In this document: one piece after another, positions 1-13,814 of the stretch
How positions within the stretch are numbered: the first letter of the stretch is position 1
Layout of the letters: each line of letters starts with the position of its first letter
Notes under the pieces: generated by a model
What the model saw: only the letters and a program-made list of their open reading frames with translations
What the model was told of the DNA's origin: nothing
Databases searched by the model: none
Position numbers and translations under genes: made by a program
Assembly (NCBI GenBank): GCA_028534125.1
Contig: CM052817.1
Location: forward strand, 108,936,001-109,000,000
DNA: 64,000 nucleotides
Direction: 5' to 3'
Source of the DNA: Lama glama
Lineage: Eukaryota

Positions 1-199
1 CCTGGTTAGGGGCGCAGACAGCGCGTTCATCGCCCAGGAGGGAGCGGAAAGCAAGCACGCCCAGATGCGCTCCTGCACCGGCTCTGATGGCAGCTTGATT
101 CTCGGTGAAATAGAAACTGAGCTCATCAGCTGAGAGTGCAGATGATGAGAGAGGCGGTGAAGATTTCAGAAGAGAAGAGAGACTGTAACGCAGCTAATT

Positions 200-345
200 T
201 GGAGAGTTGAGGAGGGGGTTCACTAAAGATCAGCTAATAAACTTCAAGCGAGGCCAGCTGGCGCGGGTACCATGTGTGCGCTTCCTCCAACCACGGTCGC
301 CCGACTACAGCGTAGGTGGAGGGTCGAATTTAACAGCAGCACCGT
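200..345 (-). mobile_element. Probable L2 ORF2 fragment
   Basis: Minus strand resembles the recalled L2 segment encoding ...RGWRKTH...DW..FK; highly diverged. Confidence 0.4.
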
Positions 346-1499
346 AACTGCCATGAAGTAAAGGGTCTGCTTTTGTGTATGCGAGTGAGTTCACACTTAG
401 CCCCAAGCACTCCGCATTCAGGCTGGAACCTACAAACCTTGTCGAAGAATACAGATTTAGAAATTGTATTCACCTTTTACATCTTCATTTAAAGTACATC
501 TAAAAGTAGTTATTTATTGTTCACTTTACAGAGTCCAAAGAAATTTTTTGTCTACCCCTTTTTATTTAAAAACAAGAGCGAGTAAAAGAAAACTATGCTT
601 ATTGTTACATAAGAGCAGAAATATGTGATGGAAAACAACATTTGTTAAAACAACTAAATTTTAAAGGGGGAACAAGAAAAGTGAAGGACTTTGAGGTACC
701 ATGAATAAAATAAACCCCCAGTCAGGCTCTTGAGATCATACAAAGACAATATAGCATTGATACCTAGTGCTTATTTAAAGTCAAAAATGATGTGTACAAG
801 GAAAGATGCTATAAAGGATTACAATGCAATTGCCTTGGTATAATTAGCAACCTGCTATAATTAATGACTACTTAGAATTCACAGAAGAATCCACATTTAA
901 ATACTGTCATTTTTAGAAAAACTAAAAGCATGACATCCAGAAGGTAATTGTTTCAGCAAATAAAAATATTAGCTTTTCATCACCACCATCAACACATGTT
1001 CACACCATCTGTTCATTCAGACCAACATGAAAATTTGCAGAATACGATGGAATGATGAGTAAGTCTAATGAGGATCATAAGCCTGGCTGTAGCAATGAGA
1101 AACCAAAGAAACAGCAACAAGGAGCCGACTCAGTAGGTGAGCGCTGGTGCTGCATGTACTGTGTACATTTGATGCTTGTATCTATGAAATTTGATAATAA
1201 TGCTCAATAGGATCCTGTGACATATTCCCCTTCGTATTTGTGGATGTTCCCACAACCCCCTTCAGCACTGCGCCGCCTCACCCTCCAGCCTCCCAAGACA
1301 AACACAGACACGCCCCCTAAACCACGTTTCTTGAGCAAACATAGAAGTTTGCCTTTTACGTTTTTGCGCCTCTAGGAGCCCAGCATAGTCCCTTTTCTGA
1401 AGAGGGCAGCAGCCTGTGCCAATCACCTGAAGCACGAGGATCGATACACAGAACCAAATTCAGCATCAACGGCTTCATCTTCCAGTTTTCAAATCTGAG

Positions 1500-4400
1500 T
1501 AAGGGGTTGTTATGGTTTGTTTTTAAAGGATTCTGTTTTGGGGTCATATCAAATTAATCATTGCTTAAGCCAAGTTCATAAAAATGTTTCTATTGTTTTC
1601 TTCTACAAGTTTTATTGTTGCAACTTTAAATTTAGGTCTGGGATCCATTTATATTATATTTGTATGTATGATGTAAGAGATCTGCCCAAGTTCAGTGTGT
1701 GTGTGTGTGTGTGTGTGTGTGCGCAATCATTTGTGGGAAGTCTACCACCCTCCCCACTGAATTCCATTGGCATCTTTGATAAAAATCAGTTCACCACAAA
1801 TGAACAGATTTATTTTGGGGGTTCTCAATTCTACTCTGCTTCTCTTTATGTCTGTAAATAGTAGACATACCCTGCAATATCTTGATTAGTGTAACTTACA
1901 GCAAGCTTTGAATTCAGGTAGTGTAAATTCACCAACTTAGTTCTTCTTTATCAAAATGGTTTTGTCATTCTAAATTCTTCATGTTTCTCTGTAAATATTA
2001 AGATCACCCTTCCAATTTCTCCAAAGACTAAAGCTAAAAAATAAAACTATGCTGGAATTGTGATTATCATTGCATTGAATCTACAGATCAATTTGGGGGA
2101 AATGTCATTTGCAAAATATTGCTTCTTTCAATCTATGCACTTGGTATGCCTCTCCATCTATTTAAATCTTCTTTCCTCACATTTGGTAGTTTTCATGGTA
2201 CAGGTCCTGCACATCTTTTATTGAATTTATTCATAAATTTTTTATGCTGTGATTTGAAATATTTTAGTCGTTTTTGTCATCATTTGTTGCTGCCATATAA
2301 AAACAATTAATTTTAGTATCTTGATTTTGCACCTTTGTTAAGCTTATTTATTAGTTCTTAGATATCACAGATTTTTTTTTTTGTAGATTCTTTGTAATTT
2401 CATACATTTAGAATAAGGTCATCTGTGAATAAAGAAAGCTGTACTTCCCTCTTTCCGATCTGTATACTATCTTTTTCCTGACTTATTTTCTTATTACACT
2501 AGCTTGAATATACAGTACAATGTTGAACAGAAGTGGTGAGAGTGGACATTTATTCCTTGCTACTGATCTTATGGGAAAAATGTTCAGTGTTACACCATTA
2601 AGTATGATGTTAGCGCTAAGTTTTAATTGATGCCTTTTAGCAGGTTGAACAAGCTCCCTTCTATTCCTGTGCTTTTTTGCATCTGTTGAGATGGTTGTAC
2701 TGCTTTTGATCTTTATTAATATGATATATTGACTGACTTTCAGATGTAAACCAACCTTATATACCTGGGAGAAACCTCATTTAATCATAATGTGTTCTGT
2801 ATGTACGCCATTGTCACGCTGCGTAACCCCCCTAACGTTTTGTGAATGCTTTGCTTCTATATTCATGTGGTATAATGGGCTCTTGCCTTGTAACGTCTTC
2901 TTTCCTTGTAATGTCTTTGTTTGGTTTTGGTACCAAGATAATTCTGACCTCATAGATGAGTTGGAAAGTATTCTCTCATCTATTTTCTGAATTTGCATAG
3001 GATGAGTATTATTTCTCCTATAAATATCTGGTTAAATTCACCAGTAGAAGTATTTAGACCTTAGCTTTTCTTTGTGGGAAATTTTTGACTATTAATCCAA
3101 TGTCTTTACTTGTTATAGGTCCTGTTTTGAATTCTTCTTGGGTCAGTTTTAGTAAATTATGCCTTTGTAGAAATTTGTCCTTTCATCTATCTTCTCTAAT
3201 TTAAAAGACAAGTTTCAAACACAAAGGTTTTTGGACATTTAATTATTCATAATGTTCCCTTAAAATCATTTTGATTCCTTTAAGGTCAGGAATAATGCCC
3301 TCTCTTTATAATTTTTGTAGTTTGCTTCTTCCTTCTTTTTATCTTGATCAGCTTTACTACAGTCCTTCAATCATGTTGATCTTAAAAACCTACTTTTGGT
3401 TTTATTAATTTTCTCTATATTTCTGTTTTATATTTCACTGATTTCTGTGCTTGTCTTTATTATTTTCTATCTATTTGCTTTGGGTTTCACATAATTTTTC
3501 CTTCTCTAGTTTCTTAAAGTGGAAGACTAGGTTTTTTATTTGATTTTTTTTCTCACTTTGGTATTTACAGCTGTAACTTTCCCTTTAAGCATTGTTTTGC
3601 CTGTATTCCATAAATTTTAGTATGCTCTGCTTTTATTTTCATTAATCTCAAAATATTTTCTAATTTCCTTCAGGTGTCTCTTCTGGCCCATCAATTATAT
3701 AGCATTTCAATTTTTTTAAATAAATGAACATTTAAGTATTTTCACATATTTGGGCATTTCCCTAATTGCTATGTATTATAGACACCTGATTCCATTTTTT
3801 CATAGTAGCAAACAAACTTTGTTTTATTTCTGTCCTTTTAAATTTGTTGGGACTTGTTTTACAGCTTAGTATATGTTCTATGCCGGAGAATGTTCCATGT
3901 ACTTTTGAAAAATAATGTGTCTTCTGTGGTCATTGGGCAGAGTGTTCTATGGGTTATAGGTAGATCAGGGTGATGGTCTTGTTCATGTCTGTAATATCCT
4001 TGCTAATTTTATGTCTGGCTGTCCTACTAGATAGAAAGAGAAAAAAGTCTTGAAATCTCTGAATATATTGTTTATTTTTCTATAGGTTTCTTTTTGTTTG
4101 TTTCATCTAAATTTATAATTATTATAAATTCCTGATGTACTGACCTGCATGACGCACTGATTCTGTCTCTAGTAACGTTGCTTGTTTTGATGTTTGTTTC
4201 ACCTGATAACAAGTTAGCCACACAAGCTCTATTGTGGTAAATGGTTACATGGAGTACCTTTTTCCATCTTTCTACTTTGAATCTATTTGTATTTCTATAT
4301 CTAAATCATATCTCCCATGGACAGCATGAAGTCAGATTACTTTTTTTAATCAAGTCTGAAAATCACTGCTTTTCTATAGTGTTTATTCCATTTACATTTT

Positions 4401-4790
4401 TTGAAAATTTATGTTTGACGTTTAGGTACTTTGTCTGTATATTTTATGTCTATATTGTATCCTTGTGCCTTATTTATAGCCTTATCTCTGTTAATAACTT
4501 TTAGTGTACCATTTTAATTCCTCTCTTATTTTTAAACTAACTTTTTGAGTTATTTTTCTTAGTGGTCATTCCAGAGATTACAAAAAAAAAATGTTAACAT
4601 TACACTCTACTTAAAGTTAAACCTGAATTTCAATATAATATAGCAACTTTGTTCCAATGTAGTTCCATCTCTTCCCTCCGTTTGCTATTATTATTACATA
4701 CACTACCTTTGTGTATGTTATAAGCCCAACAATAAAACATGCTAAGTTTGCTTTATGTGCATCCTGATTTTCTAAAGAAATTAAGAGAGA
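1500..4790 (-). mobile_element. Old degraded L1 (ORF2 region with internal deletions)
   Basis: T-rich plus strand with typical antisense L1 ORF2 text (ttgcattgaatctacagatcaatttgggg; tgttgaacagaagtggtgagagtggacat; caccattaagtatgatgttagc). No intact ORF; boundaries approximate. Confidence 0.9.
1695..1720. repeat. (GT)13 microsatellite
   Basis: Directly visible. Confidence 0.95.
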
Positions 4791-7396
4791 AAAGATAAAA
4801 GTACATTTTTGTTTTTTACAACTAAAAAATATTGTGTTTAATCATCTCACAAACAGACAGCAGTATATCAGTTTAAAAAAAACGTTATTTTTTTTAAGTC
4901 ATTCCCCAGAGTAATCTGGAGTCAGGCAGGTAACCAGCTGTTCTAGAGGAGATTAGCATGCCAAGCAATGTGCACAACAAGGTGTTACACCCCAGGAAGG
5001 GAAAAGAGGAAGGAATAAACAAGACAAGTAGGAAATGAAATAAACTCCAAAGCCACCAACATGTTTCCTGCCTCAGAAAGAATGTGCCACAGGATCTGGG
5101 ACTGAATCTATAAGCAGGGGACTTCAGTAGACCTGGATATTTTAAGCTGGAGAAAGGATCTGAGGGAAGACTGCATAGGTGAGTTTGACTTAGCAAATTG
5201 AGAAAACATAGAGTATGTGCAAGCTCAAATAGACTTTACGTGAAATTTTATGCTAGAATGTTACATATTTATTTATACTCTTAGAATTCTTTCTACAAAG
5301 TTCAAACAAAGATGGAGTTTGTAACATATCAAAAGGAAATTGGGAAATGAAAGCTAAGTGGTCTGAAGGTCCAGGATCTACCCACAGGTAATGGTAGCAT
5401 CTTTATCAGGGTTTGAGGCTTCTGTAAGACTCCTTGAAACACAGATTGGAATTGATGATTTAAAGTAAATTTTGATCTTAATGGATGCAGAAATCATTCT
5501 TGCCCAGGCAAGTTTCCCAAAAATAGCCTTGCAAGTCAATAGGAAACCTGGAAAAATAATTATTAAGTCACAGTGTATTGAATATTTCCCTGTATACTCT
5601 ACCATTAATCCAACACGACATAAAACACTGGCCAAGAGACATTTTTAGTAGTTAATGTATATCATTTGTATTTGGGACAGTGGAATATTGGTGCTGCTGG
5701 CAGAATTTAGTAACAGTGTAAAGGCTGATAAAATGTTGGTAGCAAAATCCATCTAGACACTAGTATTGACCAGATGCAAATAAGAAATTCAGAATTATTC
5801 ATTTCACATTCCTCTTAGATCCGTTTCATGTTTAGCCCTAATAGTATGATAAAATGAGAATTACTAAAACATATTTTGTGTGATTCTGTGACACCTAGGT
5901 TGATTTTAGAATATGCAAAAACTGTTCTTGACCAAAAATGGAATATAAGAATCCACAAATTGGGATAATTCCTGTCTCTCTGACGCCCTTTATATATGTG
6001 AAGTGTGTGCAGATATTTCTTTTATAAAACAGTTGCATAAGAAAGGACAAATTAGCATCATGTCAAATCTTCTGATCTTCCTTTATTGTAAGAGAACTGA
6101 TCGTGCTAACCCTAACCCTAGTGACTGTCAGAAAGACTACATTGGCACTGTGATAAAGAATAATGCCTTTTTAGAATCTGTATCATCCCCGAAGAGACTT
6201 GAATAATTTTTAAAAGCACTTGCATGAATAATAGCTGTTACTGTGTCTCTAATTGGTGGAAATAATGATTAGTTCATAATAGGACTAAAGCAAGTTCTGA
6301 TTCATGGTCTGTTATCTTAAAATATTGGTCCAATTTATTTCTGTACACTTGTATAGTAATATATCGACCATGAAATTATACAATTGACAATGTGCTTTGA
6401 CAGTTTTATGTAACTGCAACAAAATTTCACATTTTACATATGAAAATTAGTATTTGAGCAATCATCAATTGTCTTGGAATATTCATTAAACAATCAAATG
6501 GATACATTGTCGATTTTTTGATTCTGCTTTTAGACCCAGGACTCAGTTGGATGTAGCAGAGAAGTTACGCTATTCTCACCAAGGAAAAGAGCCCCATAGT
6601 GTTCATTTGTTCACATTTCTCTTTTCCCAAGTGAAGTAAATACTGGAACCCTCTGTCACTTATATAACTGGAACATACGAGCTATTCTTTGGAAATTCAC
6701 AAAGAAAAGTGAAGATAAAAGCAGAAAATACAAGAAGATTTTCTAAATGTATCTTGCAGAGCTCCTGCTGCTAGAGAAACCATTGTCATAATACATACGA
6801 AGTTTGTATTTTCCCGAGAGGTTTTCCTTGTTAGAGACACAGTAAGAAAAATTGCACCAGTAAAATAATAGCAAAATAAAAGCTGGCTGGAAACTCCCAG
6901 AAGAAAGAGTACAAACTTTAAATTCTACCAATAATATGGTTTTGGACTTTGAGGGTTTTTGAAAACAGATTTTATAATGTACACCACAAGACCAAAATCT
7001 CATAGAGGGTGAACTGCGAATAATTCTATTTCAAAAGTGTTAAAGAGGAAAAGAGGAAGATAGTTTATCATTTATCACAGATCTGCACTGGAGAGATATC
7101 GTAGTCAAGAAAAGCCACAATTCTTTCGTGTGACAATGACGAAATGAGCTCACTTGTAAAGGTCAAGAATATATATAATCAAAGGGTTATGACAGCCAGA
7201 GGCGGGGCTGTCATTAAGGTAGCTACATAATCCCACAGGTGTGTCTGATGCCTGATAACTGCTTGTCTTCGAAATGATTAGAAATCCCGCTTGGGAATTA
7301 AGCAAGAGATGTATGAATGTATAGCCAAAGGAGTTTGTTGGAAATCAAATTGTCTGCAGACTTTGACAAATATGTCAGAGATAATTATCTGGTTCC

Positions 7397-7880
7397 TGTG
7401 AACAAAAAATAGTGCAAACCATATCAGTAAATAAAGAATGCTAAAGCCATCAAGCCATCAGCGGCTGCTGCCACCTCCCAGTGAAGACAAGTCTGCAGCC
7501 CGGCCTCTCAGCCACTCACAGTGGTGCCCTCTGAGGGGACTCAGAGTAAGAAAGGACAGGATCCTGGCCCTAGGCAGCTAGGTGCTTGTCAAAGGGATGA
7601 ATTCAGTGAGCCCAAATGTTTGCTCCCTCCCATACATAGAAAAGCACTAAAGTCTAATTTAAGATGCCTGGTTTTCTTTAGTTAACAAGTGATCTTTTGA
7701 CGTTCCAACTACATGGTCTTTGTTGTAAAGCTCCTATATATCCTGGCCCCTCCCCTACCTCTTCCGAGCAGCCCCTCAGAGCCATCTGGGAGGCTGGCAT
7801 CCCGGCTCAAGTCCTCAGAATTGTCCACTGAATAAAACATAACTGTCAACCTTTAGGTTGTGCATTTATTTCAGTCAACA
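7397..7880 (+). mobile_element. Solo LTR, ERV1 class
   Basis: TG...CA termini (tgtgaac...gtcaaca); perfect 4-bp TSD TTCC (7393-7396 / 7881-7884); TATATA near 7735; AATAAA at 7831. Confidence 0.88.
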
Positions 7881-9035
7881 TTCCTATCACTTAGTTTTAT
7901 GAGTTTCTGTTCATTAGACATAATAATGAATGCTACCAATAATTAACCAAAGTAATCATTTCAATAAATTGATAAACTGAATGACTTATAATGCTTAGTG
8001 GAGAGCGCCTTCTTTGTTAAGATACTTATTTGTAAATTGGTTCAAACGGTATTAAAAATAAAAACATTTGAAACAATAAGCTCCCCTGATCCATTTCAGC
8101 TGCATAAAATGACTTCCTTTTTTGAATTCTCATGACAGTTTAGATTGTTAAATCAGCAACAACGTATCTTTATCTCTCATGGCCCATAATATTATCTTAC
8201 TGAATTATATCTTTTAATTCATCTCATCTCTGCAACCACATCATATGAGCTGATTTAAGGCAGCGACTATGTATTTTTTTTTTCATTTTCTCATTTTAGC
8301 AGGTATTTCAAGATAGGAAAGGTTTAAAAAAAATACTGACATGACTAAATGCCCTGATGCCCTCTACTTTATTTGATCTGATGCTATATATTTTCATGTA
8401 TCAGTATGCTTGCAGATATTTATTAAAAAATAAAATATATTACAAAAACATAATACCAAAATTTACCCTTTTATAGAAAAGCCACTCCCCACCCATTGCT
8501 GCTTCCAGGAAAGGTTGCAAAAAATTATGAAATCTGAGACAGAAATCATCCTTCAGAGGAATCCAGAGAAATTTATCTCAGTGAACTGAGGAAACACAAT
8601 TTAGTTATCAGAAAATGAATATCATGAAAGTCATAAATGTTAATTTGACAAATGCATATCTTCTTTGACTTCAATAGCTTTTAGTACTTATACAAATAAT
8701 ATTCAAAATTTATGTCACATATACTTTTTGATCATTTAAGATTAGATAGCTTCTGAATATTAATGACATTTTGGGTTATAGACACAAAATGAGTACCTCA
8801 TTTTGAAGGCTCAGAGTCCAAACCTGAAAGTCTTTACATTATATGGTAAATCCTGACTGGCTCGTGGCATTTCTTGAAAGTACAAATTAAATTGTATCAT
8901 TTTAAGGATAGCCCTTCTCCAATATTGGATATAAATTACAGAAACAAATTAATGCATTTATTCCTGAAATCTCTGTCATATTTTTATAAAATTAGGTCAG
9001 AATCGAGACTTGATATATTGAAAACTTAACAGTAC

Positions 9036-9645
9036 TGAGACAGGAGGGGAGCAGGCAGGGCTCAGTCACTGAAAGAGTGACTCGGCAATTAGCACCAAGA
9101 TGGCGGAAGAGTCAACGCCCAGTGGACCTTGAACTTCAATATAGGCTCATTGAAATACCACAGCTACTAAATGGCCCTCCCACAGGTGCCAGGACAGCTC
9201 CAAGCTGACCATAAATGGTCAAAGGGTAAGTGATGGCCCGGGTCCTAGGCCTCCCAACCCCCTCTTCAGAGTGGTTGGAATAACCCTCCCACTTGTCAGC
9301 ATGTGAAGTTACCCAGCCCATAAAAACTCACAGCCCCGCACCTCGTGGCCTCTCACTCTCGTCATCGGAGACGGCCCGCAATCTGTCTAAGGACTATCTA
9401 CTTTTAGTTTAAACTGAGCACCCAACCCCCACACCTCATGGCCTTTCTCTTGCCTTCTGAAACAGTCTGCACTCTGTCTATGGAGTATGTATCTCTCTGA
9501 GTAAATCTACCTTTACTGAACTGTGGCTCGCTCCTGAATTCTTTCCTGTGCTAAGCCAAGGACTCACATTTGGCGGGGCACGTCCCAGGGACTCAAGCAA
9601 GACCTGGGGCACAGCCATCCTCTGGCCCCACATTTTCCTGTATCA
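9036..9645 (+). mobile_element. Solo LTR, ERV1 class
   Basis: Inverted termini TGAGACAGG...CCTGTATCA; TSD GTAC/GTGC (one mismatch); CATAAAA box near 9319; AGTAAA at 9500. Confidence 0.85.
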
Positions 9646-9767
9646 GTGCTGTTTTGTCCTACATTCGGTTTTCCCTCATTGGTGTGTTTCTTGGTGGGGA
9701 TTACAGCACAAAAGAAACATCCATGGTACAGCATCCTGCCCTGTGCTGGGGACACACAAGCAGATGC

Positions 9768-10150
9768 TGTGACGGATGCTGGGGGTCTCCCCCAGACCCA
9801 CCCATCACCTCGCAGCCGTGAGCAAGGGCAGCTCTCAGGGAAAACCCATCCTCCATCTCTGAGGCTGTACCCTGGCTGACAAGACCCCTTCTCTGTGAAG
9901 GTCAACCTCCTCCTTTCCTTCCCTTGGGAATAGCCCACAGCAGAGACCAGCAGAGTGTACAGAAGACGGGCCCCCTAATCCTAAAAGGGAAGGCACCCTG
10001 GGGTGATTTAAATGGATCAGGCCAAGTCTGGACTCTCCCCCAGATCACATTCTTGCTTGGCTCTCTTCAGGTCCCTGCTGTGCTTCCGCTGCACAAAACA
10101 AAGCAAAACATCTCTACCTCAATGTCTCTGCTTCTGTGGAATCAGAATGG
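9768..10150 (+). mobile_element. Ancient ERVL-type LTR (LTR33/LTR41-like)
   Basis: Starts tgtgacggatgctg and ends ...ctctgcttctgtggaatc, resembling recalled LTR33-family architecture; diverged. Confidence 0.5.
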
Positions 10151-10169
10151 GACGGGGTCACCAGAGATG

Positions 10170-10975
10170 GTGCTGGGTGCAGAGTCCCCATGCGTTTCCC
10201 CCTGTCCAGCGTGCTGTTTGTTCTCTGCCCACGCTGTCAGGACCCACTTGTGCACACGCCCACCCCGGTCCTTACTCATATGTAAGGGTCAGGTCCTGCA
10301 GGTCCTTGTACATATCTCTTCCCAGACTTGGGCTGGGCAGTGCCAAGTCTTGACTCTCAGATTGGGGAAAAGGGTTCATAAAGTGAGATGGAGCTGCTTC
10401 TGGTGAAAAGCAGGATTCAGGATCATTTAGGAGATCAAGAGTCAGATTTGTCTTCCTACAAGTGTTCATCCCGGACTGTGGGGCCCTACTCTTCCCTACC
10501 ACAGCCCTGACTTGACGCAGGAGAGGTGCTAAGTCTTCACATTTCAGTCCTCTCTGCAGACCTGTCTCCCTTAGAATCAGATCCTTGGCCAGATTCTCAG
10601 TAAAGTCTGCCAGAAGCTCCCAGAATGAGCAGTCCTCTACAGCTGCCAGGAGGCCTTCGGCTTCAGAAACTGGCTTAAGATGGAAACTGACCGTCCCCAG
10701 CCTGTCATTCTCTTTTTGTACTTTTTCCATTGGCACCAAGGCATTCAGGTTATTTCACAATTCTCTGAAGTGTCCCCATGTAAATTAAATACACAACCAT
10801 TTCCGCTCCCTAGTCTTGCCCTCCAGTTACACTTTCTTTCAATTAAACCAACGTGAAAGTTTAAGTCCTTATGGTGCAACTGCCTTCCAAGAGTCATTAC
10901 CACCCCATTACCGTCCTCAGTGGATGACTTCAGACAGTCGAGCAGTCCAGCTCCGGAGCCACGTCATGTACGACT
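10170..10975 (-). pseudogene. Decayed ERV-L (HERV16/ERV3-like) internal region with gag remnant
   Basis: Minus-strand translations give DSWKAVA..LKLS, EKVQKENDRL, ADFTENLAKDLILRETGLQRGL..QVRAVVGK, KDLQDL..YE*GPG, VHKWVLTAW and NSTLDRGKRMGTL. These are collinear with recalled ERV-L/Fv1 gag motifs; stops and frameshifts are present. Confidence 0.8.
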
Positions 10976-11500
10976 TGTGTTAAACTAACCCATGTTTTCT
11001 GAGTTAGAAGCAGAACCCGAGGGAGGGATTAAAACGCTGACACTTTATTTGGGAAGCCCAAGCCGGAGGAGAAAAGACAAGGAGAAACAAAGGGAACAAA
11101 AACACGAGTGAAGCAAAGGGAGGCAACGAGTTACCGCACTGGCTGCGCCAACGACCAGCCATGAAGCTCCAGGGACAGAGAGGCATTGACTCGACATTGT
11201 GCAACATGAAACCCCTAGTAGGACTTCCCAGAGAGCCCTGGGGTGCTGCTCTCTGAGTGTGGTTCACCAAAGAGAAAATGGAGGGCCACTTATCTGCTCG
11301 GGTCCCCCCCACCTCCTGTCTCCCATCGCCCACGTTCCATCAAAAGACGCCAGGTCCTCCTCCCCACGTCCTGAGTGTGTCCCCCGGCCTCCTCTGTGGA
11401 ACTTCGGAGGCTGGGTACCACTCATCCAGGGAGATCCAAGGAGAGTGGGGGAGCAGCATGGCCATTTGGCCTGGACTTCTGTTCACAAAGATCCTGAGAC
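10976..11500 (-). mobile_element. 5' LTR of the ERV-L remnant (LTR16/LTR40-like)
   Basis: Minus strand has cttcccaAATAAAgtg...gggttctgcttct, typical of ERVL LTR 3' ends, directly upstream of the gag remnant. Outer boundary approximate. Confidence 0.65.
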
Positions 11501-11618
11501 GTTAGCTTGAGATCTATGACTTCAAGCAAAGTTATAATAAATAAATGTTTGTTACAGCTTTAGAAAATGGGCTACTGAAAATGATCGTTTCTTCAATGTC
11601 AGATTTAAATATGCTGCA

Positions 11619-12029
11619 TGTTATGGTCGGAATTGTGTTCCCCACAAAAAGCATACGTTGAAGGCCTGGCCCCCAATGTGACTGTATTTGGAGATAGGGT
11701 GTTTAAGGTGGTAATTAAGGCTAAGTGAGGTCGGAAGGATGGAACCCTAGACCAGCACAGCTAGTGTCCTTATAAGACAAGGAAGAGACAGCAGGGATGT
11801 GCGGCCACAGTGAAAAGGCCATGTGGGCACAGTGAGAAGGTGGCCGCCTGCAAGCCAAGGAGAGAGGCCTCAGGTGATATGAAATCTGAAGACATCTTGA
11901 TCTTGGCCTTCTGGCCTCCACTGCTGCAGGAAAATAAACTCAGATTGTTCAGTACAATTAAACGATTTTAACTTTTAAAATGAAGCAGCCTGTGGTATTT
12001 TGTTTTGGCAGCCCTAGCCAACGAACACA
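11619..12029 (+). mobile_element. MaLR LTR (MLT1A/B-like)
   Basis: Hallmark text tgttatggtcggaattgtgttcccc...aatgtgactgtatttggagataggg...caagccaaggagagaggcctca...tgtggtattttgttttggcagccctagc. Confidence 0.9.
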
Positions 12030-12949
12030 CCATAAAACACTTAGGGTCTTCTGTTTTGGTTTTTCTTTACTTTCTATTAATATTCAAGGATTTTTCCAAA
12101 ATGGAAATTACTCAGCCTCTGAAAAGCTCTACATTTAATTTATTCTCCCTAAATATTCCTCACAGCGCTTAGGGACCAAAGGATTAACAGATTCTTTTTT
12201 CAACTGGCAAGTTGGTCAGTTTCCCTGTGTTTAGTACCTGTGTATTTTGAATTTCTCACACACTGGCACTCTGTGAAGTGCTGAGACCACGACGATGATT
12301 TAGAAAGGCTTCATGACATCAGACAGAATACTGCCCGTTGACAAATCTCAGAACATAGAGATAGAACAGAGACGTCACTGTTACAGAATGCTGATGCTTT
12401 AAAGAGAAGACAGAACTTCATTCCTAAGTGTTTCTTCTTACTATTTTTTAAAATTACACAATTTCAATGCTTAAAGATGTAAAATAATTACACATAAACA
12501 CATCATAGAATAACTACTTTTATTTTTGCCTTTTGTCTCCCAAACCTTGTAAGAATATATGTTTATTTGTTATCACTGAGGATGGTTGTTGTGTATTCAG
12601 CTCCTCTGTAATGCATCATGGAGGTTGTACTGTTTCTGAGTATGACACTAATCACATTTATTGGCTTCATATTGTTTCCTGTTGTTGGTCTGACATAATT
12701 TAATTTGTATTTTTCATTGCTACTAAAGTTAATGTGTGTTTACTGTAAGTATTTCTTCTTTTGGGAAATGCACTCTGTTCACTCATCTCTTAGGAACTTG
12801 GATGTCTTATAAATGTCACCGAGTCATTTAAGTAACCTAGGTCTAATTCATTTACTTAAAATTTTGATATAACATTGCCCAAATGTTACTATGCTTCTAA
12901 ATGCATCCAAGAATTATTCTTGGAAATACTGGACTTTTTAAAATGTCTC

Positions 12950-13022
12950 TTTTTTTTAAATGGAGTCACTGAGGATTGAACCTAGGATGTAATGCGCTCT
13001 ACCAATGAGCTATATCCACCCC
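12950..13022 (-). mobile_element. tRNA-derived short SINE (Vic-1-like), internally deleted
   Basis: Minus strand reads ggggtggatatagctcattggtagagcgcattacatcctaggttcaatcctcagtgactccatttaaaaaaaa, with A box, B box and A tail. Confidence 0.75.
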
Positions 13023-13814
13023 ACAATGTTAGGGTTTTTTTTAATGTCATTTAAAATTTTTTGTAAAATAATGAATTGCATAAAATTTGGATCTGTCGAC
13101 CTTTTCTTTGTGACTGATCCATAGCTTCAATATGAGAAATGTATTAGTCTTCCCTAGATTTGATCAATACACTAACTCTGCATTATTAAAATATGTTTTT
13201 ATCTTTATTTCTGAGATCATTTTCACTATAAAATTAGGATCCAATTTAATTTTAAGAAATTGCTTTTAATTCAAAACACAAATGAAATTAATGAGAACTG
13301 AGAAAATAAATTATAATACATAAATACAAAACTTAAGATACAATCATTAAAAAGAAGACCTAGATCTAATTACGCTGCTATATAATAGGATATCCCCTAC
13401 ACTGAGCGACAAAGCAAGATACGTTAGTGTAAATAACATTATATCACTTGCTTTAAAAGATCATTTGCATTTTTTGCATATACATTCTCTGAATTGTATA
13501 CAAGAAATTATTAACATCACTTGTCTGTGGAAAGTGCAACTGCTCCCCTCTTTCATCAATAGAGAGTATTTCAATTTGAGAACCATATCAATATGATGGT
13601 TAAAAAATGGTATCTTGATAAAGGCTGACTTTTCATCCCTCATCATAATTGAGGATTAATGTAGGATTTTATTAAAGATTTATTTCTGTTTCCTTTTTTG
13701 TGAACTGTCTGTTCATAATCTTTGACTAGTTTTTAATGAGGCTTTTTATATTCTCATAATCATTCCTTAGAATTTACCTTAAAGAATTATGGAACTAATT
13801 TCTGAAGAAGATCA

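Noticed and set aside
6107..6121. TAACCCTAACCCTA telomere-like motif
   Set aside because: Only about two units; expected by chance.
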